Virus record (IMG/VR): IMGVR_UViG_3300041809_000972
Coordinates: 1 to 38,582 of that record
DNA from: a virus
Taxonomy: Duplodnaviria > Caudoviricetes
DNA length: 38,582 nucleotides
Strand: one strand, 5' to 3'
The notes under the pieces are model-generated. The model did no database searches, was not told the origin of the DNA, and saw nothing but the letters and a program-made list of their open reading frames with translations. Below are positions 8,666 to 17,585 of the stretch, piece by piece (positions within the stretch are counted from its first letter, which is position 1; each line of letters starts with the position of its first letter). The translations under genes and the position numbers were made by a program.

Positions 8666-9216
8666 GCGTCGAGTTTGTCTCGTTTCCGAAGATCCCACGC
8701 CTCCGGCGCGGCTGCCTCATTACCGAGAAGATCGACGGTACGAATGCCGCGGTCGGGATCACCGAGGATGGTGAGGTGTACGCCCAGTCGCGGAAGCGAC
8801 TGATTCACCCCGGTAAGACGACCGACAACGCCGGCTTCGCCGGATGGGTGCAGGAGAACGAAGACGCGCTGCGTGTCGGCCTCGGACCCGGGCTGCACTT
8901 CGGTGAGTGGTGGGGCGCCGGGATACAGCGCAGGTACGGCTTGGACGAGAAACGCTTCTCACTCTTCAACACCGGCCGCTGGAGCGGTACGCCGATCGTG
9001 GAGTCCGGCCTCGTGAGCGTGGTGCCTGTGCTCTATGCGGGTGTGTTCGACACAGATGCGGTCGACCGCGCTCTCGAGGAGCTGCGCACCGGTGGCTCAG
9101 TCGCGGCACCCGGGTTCATGGACCCGGAGGGCGTCGTCGTGTTCCTCTCCGCATCGCGCACACTCTTCAAGGCGACGATCATCGGCGATGACACGGGTAA
9201 GGAACAGGACTCATGA
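8662..9216 (+). CDS. RNA ligase family protein (nucleotidyltransferase)
   Basis: FPKIPRL, motif I TEKIDGTNA, QSRKR, FGEWWG, FSLFN, PEGVVV and FK; start at ATG 8662. Confidence 0.85.
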   Translation: MSVEFVSFPKIPRLRRGCLITEKIDGTNAAVGITEDGEVYAQSRKRLIHPGKTTDNAGFAGWVQENEDALRVGLGPGLHFGEWWGAGIQRRYGLDEKRFSLFNTGRWSGTPIVESGLVSVVPVLYAGVFDTDAVDRALEELRTGGSVAAPGFMDPEGVVVFLSASRTLFKATIIGDDTGKEQDS

Positions 9217-9362
9217 GGATCCCAAAAAAGTTTGAGAAATGGCCGACGCTGTACCGGTACGGATACGAAGACGCCCAGGATGGATGCCCATATGTCGGTG
9301 ATCGTTTCACAGCCGGGGCACGCGACGCCTACAGAGCCGGCTACGAGGCGGGATCCTCATGA
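9213..9362 (+). CDS. small protein with Rmf/CrpP-like motif (49 aa; absent from ORF track)
   Basis: ATGA overlaps at both ends; MRIPKKFEKWPTLYRYGYEDAQDGCPYVGDRFTAGARDAYRAGYEAGSS. Confidence 0.5.
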   Translation: MRIPKKFEKWPTLYRYGYEDAQDGCPYVGDRFTAGARDAYRAGYEAGSS

Positions 9363-10303
9363 GGCATCCGCTTCGCCTCACCAACTCGGAGATGAAGACG
9401 TTCAAGCGATGCCGACGCAAGTGGTGGCTGTCGACGTATCGGGGGCTCGGTCCCCGGCAGCGTGACTTCAACCGTCCGACCGGCATCGGCACGCGGGTGC
9501 ACAATGCGCTCGCGGTCCTGTACGATCCTGTGGCCCCCCAGGATCCGGTCGCGTGGCTCAAGCAGTCCGTGCAGGAGGACCTCACCAAGTTCCCCGACGA
9601 AAGGTCGAACATCGAGAAGGAGGCGGACCTCGCCCTCGCTATGATCGAAGGTTACTGGGAGTGGCTCGAAGAGACGGGGGCTGACCGCGGGTTCGAGGTG
9701 GTCGCATCCGAGGGTGCCCGTGAGGCGGTCCTCTATGAGGATGTGACACTCCTGTCGAAGCTCGACGCACGCATCGTCCACCGCGAGCGCCAAGACATCA
9801 GGCTCGCGCTGGAGCACAAGACGGTCGGGGACCTCAGCACGCCACTCCCGTTCCTGCAGATCGACACGCAGCTCCTGACCGAGCACCTCGTCGAGTACAT
9901 GTCGCTTCGCAACGAAGGACGCGATGCAGATGCGGCACAGGGCGTGCTCTACAACATGCTCCGCAAGTGCAAGCGGACCTCGCGGGCCAAACCACCCTTC
10001 TTCGGCCGTGAGGAGGTCAAACACAACCGGCACGAGCTGGAGAAACACTGGATGCATGTCATCGCCGTCGCGAAGCGGATCCGGCAGGTGGAAACCGAAC
10101 TCGAGGCGGGGGCCTCCCACCACGAGGTGTGCGAGCCTAACCCCACGCGCGACTGCAAGTGGGAATGCCCGTTCTTCCACATCTGCTCCCACTTCGATGA
10201 CGGTAGCAATGTCGAGCTCGACCTCGCTGCTGACTTCGAGGTCGGGAACCCGCTTCAGCGCTACGCCGACACCGTCGGCGGGCTACCCGGACTCGAGATC
10301 TGA
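9359..10303 (+). CDS. RecB/Cas4-like PD-(D/E)xK exonuclease
   Basis: TNSEMKTFKRCRRKW, IGTRVHNAL, SKLDAR..LEHKT, QLLTE and a C-terminal CKWECPFFHIC cluster. Confidence 0.85.
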   Translation: MRHPLRLTNSEMKTFKRCRRKWWLSTYRGLGPRQRDFNRPTGIGTRVHNALAVLYDPVAPQDPVAWLKQSVQEDLTKFPDERSNIEKEADLALAMIEGYWEWLEETGADRGFEVVASEGAREAVLYEDVTLLSKLDARIVHRERQDIRLALEHKTVGDLSTPLPFLQIDTQLLTEHLVEYMSLRNEGRDADAAQGVLYNMLRKCKRTSRAKPPFFGREEVKHNRHELEKHWMHVIAVAKRIRQVETELEAGASHHEVCEPNPTRDCKWECPFFHICSHFDDGSNVELDLAADFEVGNPLQRYADTVGGLPGLEI

Positions 10304-10330
10304 AGCGCACGAGAGGATACGGTAAGAACA

Positions 10331-11029
10331 GTGAATCCGACGCTCACAATGCTGCTCCACGGGGACGCTGGGGCGGGAAAGAGCTGGCTGGCGGGGACGG
10401 CTCCGTTGCCACTGCTCATCCTCGACTCGGAGGGTCGCTCCAGGTACATACCTGGCGGCCCTAAGATCCTGTGGGACCCCCGCACCGAAGATCCTCCCGT
10501 GTACGACGGGACGTGGACGATCTGCATCGTCAACGTGACGGATTTCGACGTCATCGGTCGCACGTACCAGTGGCTGCAGTCTGGCCGCCACAGCTTCCGC
10601 TCCGTCGACATCGACTCGCTGATGGAAGCCCAGAAGAAATACATCGACCAGCTCGTAGGTCTGCGTGCGCTCGAGATGCAGGACTGGGGTTCGGTGCTTC
10701 GGCACCTGGAGTCGATGGTGCGCCACTACCGTGACCTCGTCCTCGAACCGACTAACACAATCGACTGCGTCGTGGTGGTCGTCGGTACGACGGTCGGTGA
10801 GAATGGTCGGCACGAACCTCTGCTGCAGGGGGCGCTTCGGAAAACCATCCCGTACTTCATGGACACGGTCGGGTACCTCTATGTGTCCCACACCCCGGAC
10901 GGCGGACTGCAGCGGAACCTCCTGGTGCAGCCCACGCCCACAATCGTCGCAAAGGATGGAACTGGGCAGCTTGGTGGCCCGGTCATCGCTGATCCAAACA
11001 TAACCCAGCTATACGAAAGGCTAGTGTGA
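10331..11029 (+). CDS. AAA_24 / Sak4-like ATPase (single-strand annealing)
   Basis: LLHGDAGAGKS Walker A, LLILDSEG, VDIDSL Walker B; lies between an exonuclease and an SSB-like gene. Confidence 0.8.
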   Translation: MNPTLTMLLHGDAGAGKSWLAGTAPLPLLILDSEGRSRYIPGGPKILWDPRTEDPPVYDGTWTICIVNVTDFDVIGRTYQWLQSGRHSFRSVDIDSLMEAQKKYIDQLVGLRALEMQDWGSVLRHLESMVRHYRDLVLEPTNTIDCVVVVVGTTVGENGRHEPLLQGALRKTIPYFMDTVGYLYVSHTPDGGLQRNLLVQPTPTIVAKDGTGQLGGPVIADPNITQLYERLV

Positions 11030-11730
11030 TGGCAGACCTCAACCTCCAGGAGGCACTCGCCCGCCACGAAGCGGAGCAGCCGACCCTCCTTCCTGATGGT
11101 GCATACACCTTCGAAGTCACCCGCGCGACCGCCGGCGAGAACTACATCGGCGCGTTCCTCAAGGTCATCGGTGGACCCGAGGCCGGCAAGATGGTGAAAA
11201 TCTCGCTGTCGTTCACCGACAAGGCGATGGGCATCGCGTTCCAGAACCTCGCTGGCTTCGGCATCGGGAAGAACGAGATCGCGCAGGCCAGCGGACTCAA
11301 GGACCTCGCCACGCTGCTGACGGGTCGCGTCGTCGAGTTTCCGGAGTTCGGGCGCCGCGAGCACAACGGTCGAGAATACCCGTCGTGGCCGATCGGCAAG
11401 ATCAACCTCATCTCGCTCGGGACCGCTAACGGTGCTCCTGCAGGGGTACCGGCACCGGCCGCCGCTGCACCGCCCGTCCCGGCTCCCGCACCTCCGGCAC
11501 CGCCGGTCGCAGCAGCGCCCGCAGCTGCGCCTCCGGTCGCGGCGCCCGCCGCACCTCCGACACAGCCTCCGGTACCTCCCGCCGCACCTCCCGCGGCGCC
11601 CGCTCCGCAAGAGGCGGCACCCGCTGCGCCTCCGCCGGCACCACCCGTCGCAACTGCGCCTCCGGTCGCGGCGCCCGCCCCAGTCGCCGCGCCTCCGGTC
11701 GCTCCCGACGGCACACCCTCCCCGTTCTGA
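11026..11730 (+). CDS. ssDNA-binding protein (DUF669-like) with long Pro/Ala linker and PF C-terminus
   Basis: LLPDGAYTFEV...GPEAGK OB-fold-like N-terminus; about 95-aa P/A tract; ends PSPF. Confidence 0.65.
   Translation: MMADLNLQEALARHEAEQPTLLPDGAYTFEVTRATAGENYIGAFLKVIGGPEAGKMVKISLSFTDKAMGIAFQNLAGFGIGKNEIAQASGLKDLATLLTGRVVEFPEFGRREHNGREYPSWPIGKINLISLGTANGAPAGVPAPAAAAPPVPAPAPPAPPVAAAPAAAPPVAAPAAPPTQPPVPPAAPPAAPAPQEAAPAAPPPAPPVATAPPVAAPAPVAAPPVAPDGTPSPF
11440..11720 (+). repeat. Pro/Ala low-complexity coding repeats
   Basis: CTGCGCCTCCGGTCGCGGCGCCCGCC occurs at 11525-11550 and 11654-11679, with further degenerate copies. Confidence 0.7.
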
Positions 11731-12233
11731 TGGCGGGGAGGACCGGCAGCGCTGATGAGCCGTTCTTCGACGCTGGCAACGTCGTGAACCGCGAGCCGCC
11801 CACCGTGGTAGACATGGTCACGGTGCTGGACTCGGACCTGTACGAGGCGGGGCTGCAGCAAGGGTACGCGAATGACGTGTGTGTCGACCTTGCGGTGAGG
11901 TACTCGTCCCCGCAGCTCGCGGCCCATACCACACACCGTGCGCCCCTCGGGATCAGCGTCGCGATCCCGGACGGATACGTCGGGATTGTGGTTCCCAGGA
12001 CATCGACTGCCAGCGAAGGTGTGCAGGTCAGCACCCCCGTGATCGACCCAGGGTACGAGGGCGAGGTGCATACCTGGCTCACGTCTCCGGTCCCCACGAG
12101 GTACGCACGCGGGCAGCTGCTCGTCGGCCTGCTCGTGGTACCGTGCGTACCGCCCGGCGCGACGGCACGTAGGGATGGTCCGCGTGGCATTGGGACAACC
12201 GCGAGCTCGGACACGAAAGGACCGACCCCATGA
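11730..12233 (+). CDS. trimeric dUTPase/dCTP-deaminase-fold protein, divergent
   Basis: VDL (motif 1), IPDGYVGIVVPRTS (2), VIDPGYEGE (3), GQLLVGL (4, conserved Gln lost), PRGIGTT (5). The true start may be ATG 11814. Confidence 0.75.
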   Translation: MAGRTGSADEPFFDAGNVVNREPPTVVDMVTVLDSDLYEAGLQQGYANDVCVDLAVRYSSPQLAAHTTHRAPLGISVAIPDGYVGIVVPRTSTASEGVQVSTPVIDPGYEGEVHTWLTSPVPTRYARGQLLVGLLVVPCVPPGATARRDGPRGIGTTASSDTKGPTP

Positions 12234-12415
12234 GCAACGTCATCATCACGATCCGTGAGGATCACGAGGGTAGCCTCGATGTGAAATGCGAGTTCGAGCC
12301 TGCCATCACGCGTGGCCAGGATTGGGATGCCATCCCATTCACACACAAACTTGCGATGGCCATGATGGAGCGCGCGAGCGCCGTCGGAGGCGACGCGGAG
12401 GTGACGCCATCATGA
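12230..12415 (+). CDS. hypothetical protein (61 aa)
   Basis: AAAGGA RBS; ATGA overlaps. Confidence 0.6.
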   Translation: MSNVIITIREDHEGSLDVKCEFEPAITRGQDWDAIPFTHKLAMAMMERASAVGGDAEVTPS

Positions 12416-13692
12416 GACGCAACTTCGTCGACTGCCAAGGGCTGGCTGGGGCGTGGAGCCTCGGCACAGCACAGGCCGGCTTCGACCTCCTCCACCGCGT
12501 GGCGCTTCCGGGAGGGTTCGGCAACGCGGTGATGGAGGAGAACCGTAGCAAGTTCCGTGGGCTGAACACCTGGTGGCATCAGGAGGACGGCACACCCGCG
12601 GACGGATGGACGCCACAGATGAACGTCTCGTTCCTGTGCGGCACACCACCGTGTTCAGGCTTCTCGCTGATGAACGCATCCAAGGGTGAAAACGCCCGCG
12701 GTCCAGGTAGCCTCATCAATAACTGCATGCGTGAGCTCATCACGTACGCGGGTATGTGCACGGGATCTGACGGCCGACCCGGTCCCGAGATCGTATCGTT
12801 CGAGTCTGTGCAGGGCGCGTACACGCAGGGACGCTCGCTGATGGTGGAGCTCCTCACGATCCTGAACGAGCTCACATATGCGCGGTACGCGACCGACTCC
12901 CGCTTCGACGTCCCACGTTACGAGATAACGCACGTGCTGATGTCCGGCGGTTCCGTGGGGGCTGCCCAGATGCGGCACAGGTACTTTCCGGTCTTTCACC
13001 GGATCCCGTTTGGCGTCGATCAACCGCCGGAGCGTCACGTCACGACCTACGAGATGGCGATCGGTGACCTGCAGGGAGCCAAGTTGCAGTGGGAGGATCA
13101 GCGGTACAAACGGAAGGACCGCTTCCAGTTTCAGACGGACCGCCGCCGCGACGACGGCCTCTTTGACTCGCACGTCACGAAGGACGAGGGGCGCGTGGCC
13201 GACGTCATCCACCAGTTCTGGGACGGGTGGAACATCGGCGAGAACCTGACCCAGTCTCTCGAGCGCCGCGGCATCCGCCCGCCCGAGCTGGAGAAATCGT
13301 GGAACGAGGCTGAGCAGAAATACAACGGGTGGAGCTGGCCCGTCAAGATCCGCCCAGACCGCTGTGGCTACGTGCTCACGGGCGGTGCCATCCACGGCGT
13401 CGTCCACTGGGCGGAGCCGCGCCTCCTTACTGTGCGCGAGTGCTCGCGCCTCATGGGTTACCCAGACGCCTGGACATGGCCCACAGGAAACTCCGGCCAG
13501 GCGTCGATGTGGATCGGGAAGTGCTGCCCCGTGAACAGCGGGCAGTGGCTCTCCGAATGGGCGCTTCGCGCCCTCGAAGGTGACCCAGGTGAGCCCGGGG
13601 CTAAAATTGGAGAGGATGAGAACCTCTTCAACTGCACCCTCGCCTATAAGAAGTGGCCGGGTGGATCCGTACCCAAGCGACTGGAGGATTGA
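12412..13692 (+). CDS. C5-cytosine DNA methyltransferase-fold enzyme with atypical cofactor-pocket residues
   Basis: Motif I VDCQGLAG, IV GTPPCSGFS, VI FESVQG, VIII QMRHRYF, IX RLLTVRECSRLMGYPD, X IGKCCPV. Confidence 0.88.
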   Translation: MRRNFVDCQGLAGAWSLGTAQAGFDLLHRVALPGGFGNAVMEENRSKFRGLNTWWHQEDGTPADGWTPQMNVSFLCGTPPCSGFSLMNASKGENARGPGSLINNCMRELITYAGMCTGSDGRPGPEIVSFESVQGAYTQGRSLMVELLTILNELTYARYATDSRFDVPRYEITHVLMSGGSVGAAQMRHRYFPVFHRIPFGVDQPPERHVTTYEMAIGDLQGAKLQWEDQRYKRKDRFQFQTDRRRDDGLFDSHVTKDEGRVADVIHQFWDGWNIGENLTQSLERRGIRPPELEKSWNEAEQKYNGWSWPVKIRPDRCGYVLTGGAIHGVVHWAEPRLLTVRECSRLMGYPDAWTWPTGNSGQASMWIGKCCPVNSGQWLSEWALRALEGDPGEPGAKIGEDENLFNCTLAYKKWPGGSVPKRLED

Positions 13693-13695
13693 CCT

Positions 13696-15012
13696 ATGGC
13701 CCAGCACACCTGGCCGGCTGATGACGATGTGCTCGAGGGGATCGCGGAGTGCGGTAGCCGTGCGACGTACGCGCGGACCCTTGGCGTAGCCGAGACAACG
13801 CTGAGTAGTTACCTTCGACGCAACCCTAACCTCCGTGACAGGGTCCGTGAGGCCCTCGCCTCCAAGCAGACTCTCGAGGCCAAGCCGCTCGACCAGGTCG
13901 TCAGCGAGGCTGAGCGTCGCGACATCGAGGTCGCGAACCGCGCTGAACTGAAGCGCATCCTCTCGAGCGAGCATCGGATGCGACGCTACGAGGCCGTGCT
14001 CGCGGATTGCCTGCAGTCCTACGAGCCCACCGAGCTCGCTGCGCCGCTACCCGATCCGGGCAACAGGCCGGTACACGAGGATATCCTCATCACGGGTGAT
14101 TGGCACATCGGTCAGAAGACCACCCTCGAGGAGACGGGTGGCATGTACGAACACGGCATCGAGACAGCACGTGGACAGGTCGCGAAGATCTGGAAGGCGG
14201 TCAACCGACTCCACAACCTCGACCTCCACGCACGCGACACGAGGAAGCTCCACCACCTGTTCATCGGCGACCTCGTCGAGGGCTCGAACATGCGCCCGTC
14301 ACAGATGAAGTCCGTGACCGACGTCGTGACGCGCCAAGTCATACAGGGCTTCGACCTCCTCGCCTGGCTCGTCAGGCAGGAGCTTACGATCTACGAGGAG
14401 GTCGAGATCGACCTCATCGGTGGGAACCACGACCGTACGACCCAGAAGCCGGGTAACGCTGGACTCGGAGAGTCCTCGTACATCGACACCTTCTCGTGGC
14501 TCGTCGGCGCGTTCCTCGAACGCGTGCTCGATGAGGATGTCAAAGGCGGCCGCCTCAAGATCCGGAACTGGGAAACCTACTTCGGGTACAAGGAGATCGC
14601 AGGCATCAAGACCGTGTTCGAGCACGGGTCAAGCTTCAAATGGAGCGCCGGCGGATACGGCGGCGTCCCGTGGTACTCCGTGAGCAACCTCGCGCCGAAG
14701 TACGCAGCCATGCTGGGGGAGGCCGACCTCGTGATCCTCGGACACGGTCACCGTCCCGCCATCATCCCGATCCCGAACGGACGAGGGTGGACCGTGGTGA
14801 ACGGGGCGTTGCCTGCCACCAGCACGTACGTGCAGGCGGGCCAGAAGGTCGTGAGCCGTCCGCAGCAGTGGAGGCTCAGCGCCCACGAGAAACTGGGCAT
14901 CACGTCCTTCGAACCGATCTACGCCGACGTACCCGGCACACTGCTTCCGGGTATGGTGTGGGAGGACCCGGTGCGCTACGCGGACCGCGCGTCCGGCAAG
15001 AGCCGCCCGTAG
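13696..15012 (+). CDS. calcineurin-like metallophosphoesterase with N-terminal HTH
   Basis: GDWHIG, GDLVEG, GGNHDR, EHG and GHGH; N-terminal ARTLGVAETTLSSYL HTH. Confidence 0.85.
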   Translation: MAQHTWPADDDVLEGIAECGSRATYARTLGVAETTLSSYLRRNPNLRDRVREALASKQTLEAKPLDQVVSEAERRDIEVANRAELKRILSSEHRMRRYEAVLADCLQSYEPTELAAPLPDPGNRPVHEDILITGDWHIGQKTTLEETGGMYEHGIETARGQVAKIWKAVNRLHNLDLHARDTRKLHHLFIGDLVEGSNMRPSQMKSVTDVVTRQVIQGFDLLAWLVRQELTIYEEVEIDLIGGNHDRTTQKPGNAGLGESSYIDTFSWLVGAFLERVLDEDVKGGRLKIRNWETYFGYKEIAGIKTVFEHGSSFKWSAGGYGGVPWYSVSNLAPKYAAMLGEADLVILGHGHRPAIIPIPNGRGWTVVNGALPATSTYVQAGQKVVSRPQQWRLSAHEKLGITSFEPIYADVPGTLLPGMVWEDPVRYADRASGKSRP

Positions 15013-15016
15013 GTCC

Positions 15017-15511
15017 ATGCCCGTCTCCGTCTTCGATGTGGACGGGTGCCTCGCTGACACCCTCCCGCTGCTGAGCTGGTGCTACACCGCAGCAGCGGGA
15101 GTGACCGTGACCCGCGAGCACGTCCGGCGTCCGTGGGAAGGATGGCTCCCATCCCTTGTCGGCGAGGGCGAGGCAGCACGTGTGCGTGCCCGCAAGACGG
15201 AGCTGTACCTGTCAGCACTTCATCAGCACCCACCACGTCGGCTTCCGGCCGGTGACCTGGCAGCCGAGCTGCTGCGGTCGGGCGAGGAGGTATATGCGGT
15301 CAGTGCCGCGAAAGCGCTGGTGACCCCCTACGTGCTTGCCGCGATCGACCTCGAGGACCTACCGATCCTGGCTCCGGAAGTCATGCCGTGGGAACGGCCG
15401 ACGGTCCTTCCCGGCCCGTGCGGCACGTACTACGACGATGATATCGCCACATGCCTGTTCGTACGGATGTTCACCGACTGGACCACCATCCCCACCCTGG
15501 GGGAGACATGA
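15017..15511 (+). CDS. HAD-superfamily phosphatase
   Basis: VFDVDGCLADT (DxD motif I), AVSAA (II), YYDDD (IV). Confidence 0.75.
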   Translation: MPVSVFDVDGCLADTLPLLSWCYTAAAGVTVTREHVRRPWEGWLPSLVGEGEAARVRARKTELYLSALHQHPPRRLPAGDLAAELLRSGEEVYAVSAAKALVTPYVLAAIDLEDLPILAPEVMPWERPTVLPGPCGTYYDDDIATCLFVRMFTDWTTIPTLGET

Positions 15512-16569
15512 GCGTCGCAATCATCACTGGGTCGAGCGGCCTCGTAGGATCCGCCGCCGTCAAATACTTCACCGAACAAGGCTTCGACGTCGTGGGGATC
15601 GACAATGACATGCGCGCCCGCTTCTTCGGCGACGAGGCCTCCACGTGGGGCGTCGGCGATGCACAGGCTCGCCGCTACGATACCTTCCGCCTGCGGTCGG
15701 TCGACATCAGGGACTACGCCGCCGTGGCTCGCGCCTTCGTCGAGGCTGACGACATCGAGCTCGTCGTGCACTGTGCCGCGCAGCCCGCACACGACTGGGC
15801 GGTAAAGGATCCGTTGACCGACTTCGGCGTCAACGCCCAGGGGACGATCAACGTCCTTGAGGCTACCCGGAAATACTGCCCGGATGCGCCGTTCGTCCAC
15901 TGCTCCACGTCGAAGGTCTACGGGGCGAACCCGAATCTGCTTCCGCTCGTGGAACTGCCGACCCGCCTCGAGGTGCCAGAAGGTCACGAGTACCGCGATG
16001 GGATCACGACCACGATGTCCATCGACCGGACGACGCACTCGCTGTTTGGTGCGCACAAGGCGGCCGGTGACCTAATCGTTCAGGAGTACGGGCGGTACTT
16101 CGACATGCCGACGGTCTGCTTCCGTCCCGGTTGCCTCACCGGACCGAAACACGCCGGCACCGAGCTCCACGGGTTCCTGTCCTACCTGATGAAGTGCGTC
16201 ATCTCCGGACGGCCGTACTGCGTGTACGGATACCACGGCAAGCAGGTGCGGTGTAACCTCCACGCCGACGACCTTGTCGTCGCGTTCGACCACTGGCGGA
16301 AGGCACCGCGCTCCGGTGATGTGTTCAACATCGGCGGTGGCCGGGAGAGTAACTGCTCGATGATCGAGGCGATACAGGCCGCAGAGCTGATCGCCGGGAA
16401 GCGGCTCGACTGGGACTACAGCGACCGCGCACGCATCGGCGACCACAAGTGGTGGATCAGCAGCAACGCGGCCTTCCGGTCCAGGTACACGGGATGGAGC
16501 GTGCTACACGACACCGAGACGATCCTCCAAGAGATCCATGACGAGAACGTCGAGCGGTGGTCGGCATGA
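15508..16569 (+). CDS. NAD-dependent nucleotide-sugar epimerase, CDP-paratose 2-epimerase (RfbE)-like
   Basis: ITGSSGLVG, HCAAQPAHDWA, STSKVYG, HSLFGAHK, FRPGCLTGP..GTELHGFLSYL and RIGDHKWWIS. Confidence 0.85.
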   Translation: MSVAIITGSSGLVGSAAVKYFTEQGFDVVGIDNDMRARFFGDEASTWGVGDAQARRYDTFRLRSVDIRDYAAVARAFVEADDIELVVHCAAQPAHDWAVKDPLTDFGVNAQGTINVLEATRKYCPDAPFVHCSTSKVYGANPNLLPLVELPTRLEVPEGHEYRDGITTTMSIDRTTHSLFGAHKAAGDLIVQEYGRYFDMPTVCFRPGCLTGPKHAGTELHGFLSYLMKCVISGRPYCVYGYHGKQVRCNLHADDLVVAFDHWRKAPRSGDVFNIGGGRESNCSMIEAIQAAELIAGKRLDWDYSDRARIGDHKWWISSNAAFRSRYTGWSVLHDTETILQEIHDENVERWSA

Positions 16570-17189
16570 GCTACGAGGACACGCTCGAGGCAGAGGTCGC
16601 ATCGTGGCTCATTCCGAACGAGGCGGAGCGGGAAGAGAAGTTCAAGCGCGAGCGGATCCGCCACCACAAACTGCTGCGTGACCTGCTGCTGGACAAGCTG
16701 GGCACTGAGGAGATGTCCATCCTTGAGGTCGGGGGCGGTCCGATGCCGGTGTCCGACCTACTGCGCTTCGGGTACCGACGTGTGGTGGACCCGCTCTCCG
16801 ACGAGTACCGTAAGGTGTTGCCGTGTCCCGACCACGTCGCGATGCAGGCCGAGGACATCGGCGAGCAGGGTGTGTACGACCTGGCCATCGCCACGAACTC
16901 GCTCGACCACGTGCAGGAACCCGACATGGTGCTGCAGAAGATGTTGCAGGCCGTGCGACCGACCGGGTACATCGCGATCGCCGGCGCGGAGAACAACGCG
17001 ATCACGCATCCTCATCCCGCGCACGTGCACAACCTGACCGCCGGCTGGGTCCACCGCCGCCTCGACCCGTACTGCGAGACGGTGTGGGAGCTGACGTACG
17101 CGCGCGACGGGTTCAGGTACGGGTGGCGCGAGTACGAGGGTCGACGCGGTCAGCCGGCCTTTGCGCTTCTGATGCGCCGCTGCGGTTGA
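16566..17189 (+). CDS. class I SAM-dependent methyltransferase
   Basis: ILEVGGGP, VVDPL, AEDI, YDLAIATNSLDHVQEP and RPTG. Confidence 0.85.
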   Translation: MSYEDTLEAEVASWLIPNEAEREEKFKRERIRHHKLLRDLLLDKLGTEEMSILEVGGGPMPVSDLLRFGYRRVVDPLSDEYRKVLPCPDHVAMQAEDIGEQGVYDLAIATNSLDHVQEPDMVLQKMLQAVRPTGYIAIAGAENNAITHPHPAHVHNLTAGWVHRRLDPYCETVWELTYARDGFRYGWREYEGRRGQPAFALLMRRCG

Positions 17190-17214
17190 CACGCTTCGCC
17201 TGACCTGTTAGAGT
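17186..17214 (+). promoter_or_regulatory. SigA/sigma70-type promoter, class I (ACCTGTTA box)
   Basis: TTGACA-17 nt-TAGAGT with extended -10 TG; AAGGAG RBS downstream. Confidence 0.7.
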
Positions 17215-17244
17215 CTCGGGAAACCGAGAACGAAGGAGCAGGCC

Positions 17245-17415
17245 ATGAAGCAGAAGCAGCTGGACACCCTGAAGCGCGAAGCCATCGAGGCCGCGCAGGA
17301 GCAGTACCCGGAAGGGACCCGCTTCGATCCTGTGTGGACCGGCGGGAAAATGATGGTCACGGTCTACGACACCGAGGGCCGTGGGCAGCTGCGTGACGTG
17401 GGGGTGGATGCGTGA
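17245..17415 (+). CDS. hypothetical protein (56 aa)
   Basis: GAAGGAG RBS; MKQKQLDTLKREAIEAAQEQYPEG...; directly after the promoter. Confidence 0.65.
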   Translation: MKQKQLDTLKREAIEAAQEQYPEGTRFDPVWTGGKMMVTVYDTEGRGQLRDVGVDA

Positions 17416-17585
17416 GGTACGAAGTCGAAGTGCATAACCTATCGACGGGTGAGCGACGCATCGTGTGCTACGATGCACCGAACAAGGAGGAGGCGCTCCG
17501 GAAGGCGCTTCGTCGCCAGTCGTTCACTGACGATCTTCACAAGGGGTACCTCTTCACGTTCCGCGTGGACTTCGCAGGTAGATAA
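17412..17585 (+). CDS. hypothetical protein (57 aa)
   Basis: GTGA overlap; MRYEVEVHNLSTGERRIVCYDAPNKEEALRKA... Confidence 0.55.
   Translation: MRYEVEVHNLSTGERRIVCYDAPNKEEALRKALRRQSFTDDLHKGYLFTFRVDFAGR

Noticed and set aside
9359-10303. Cas4 as part of a CRISPR system
   Set aside because: It is a solo RecB/Cas4-like nuclease in the usual exonuclease-Sak4-SSB recombination module.
11142-12346. Long Gly/Ala-rich minus-strand ORFs (collagen- or PE-PGRS-like)
   Set aside because: They are antisense shadows of the Pro/Ala tract and neighbouring genes.
6164-13974. Long antisense ORFs (e.g. 6164-7480, 9341-10192, 12655-13974)
   Set aside because: These are expected shadows of high-GC3 sense genes and show no motifs.
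16566-17189. CmoA carboxy-SAM synthase
   Set aside because: It lacks the DLGCS-type motif and other CmoA features I can recall, and looks like a generic class I methyltransferase.
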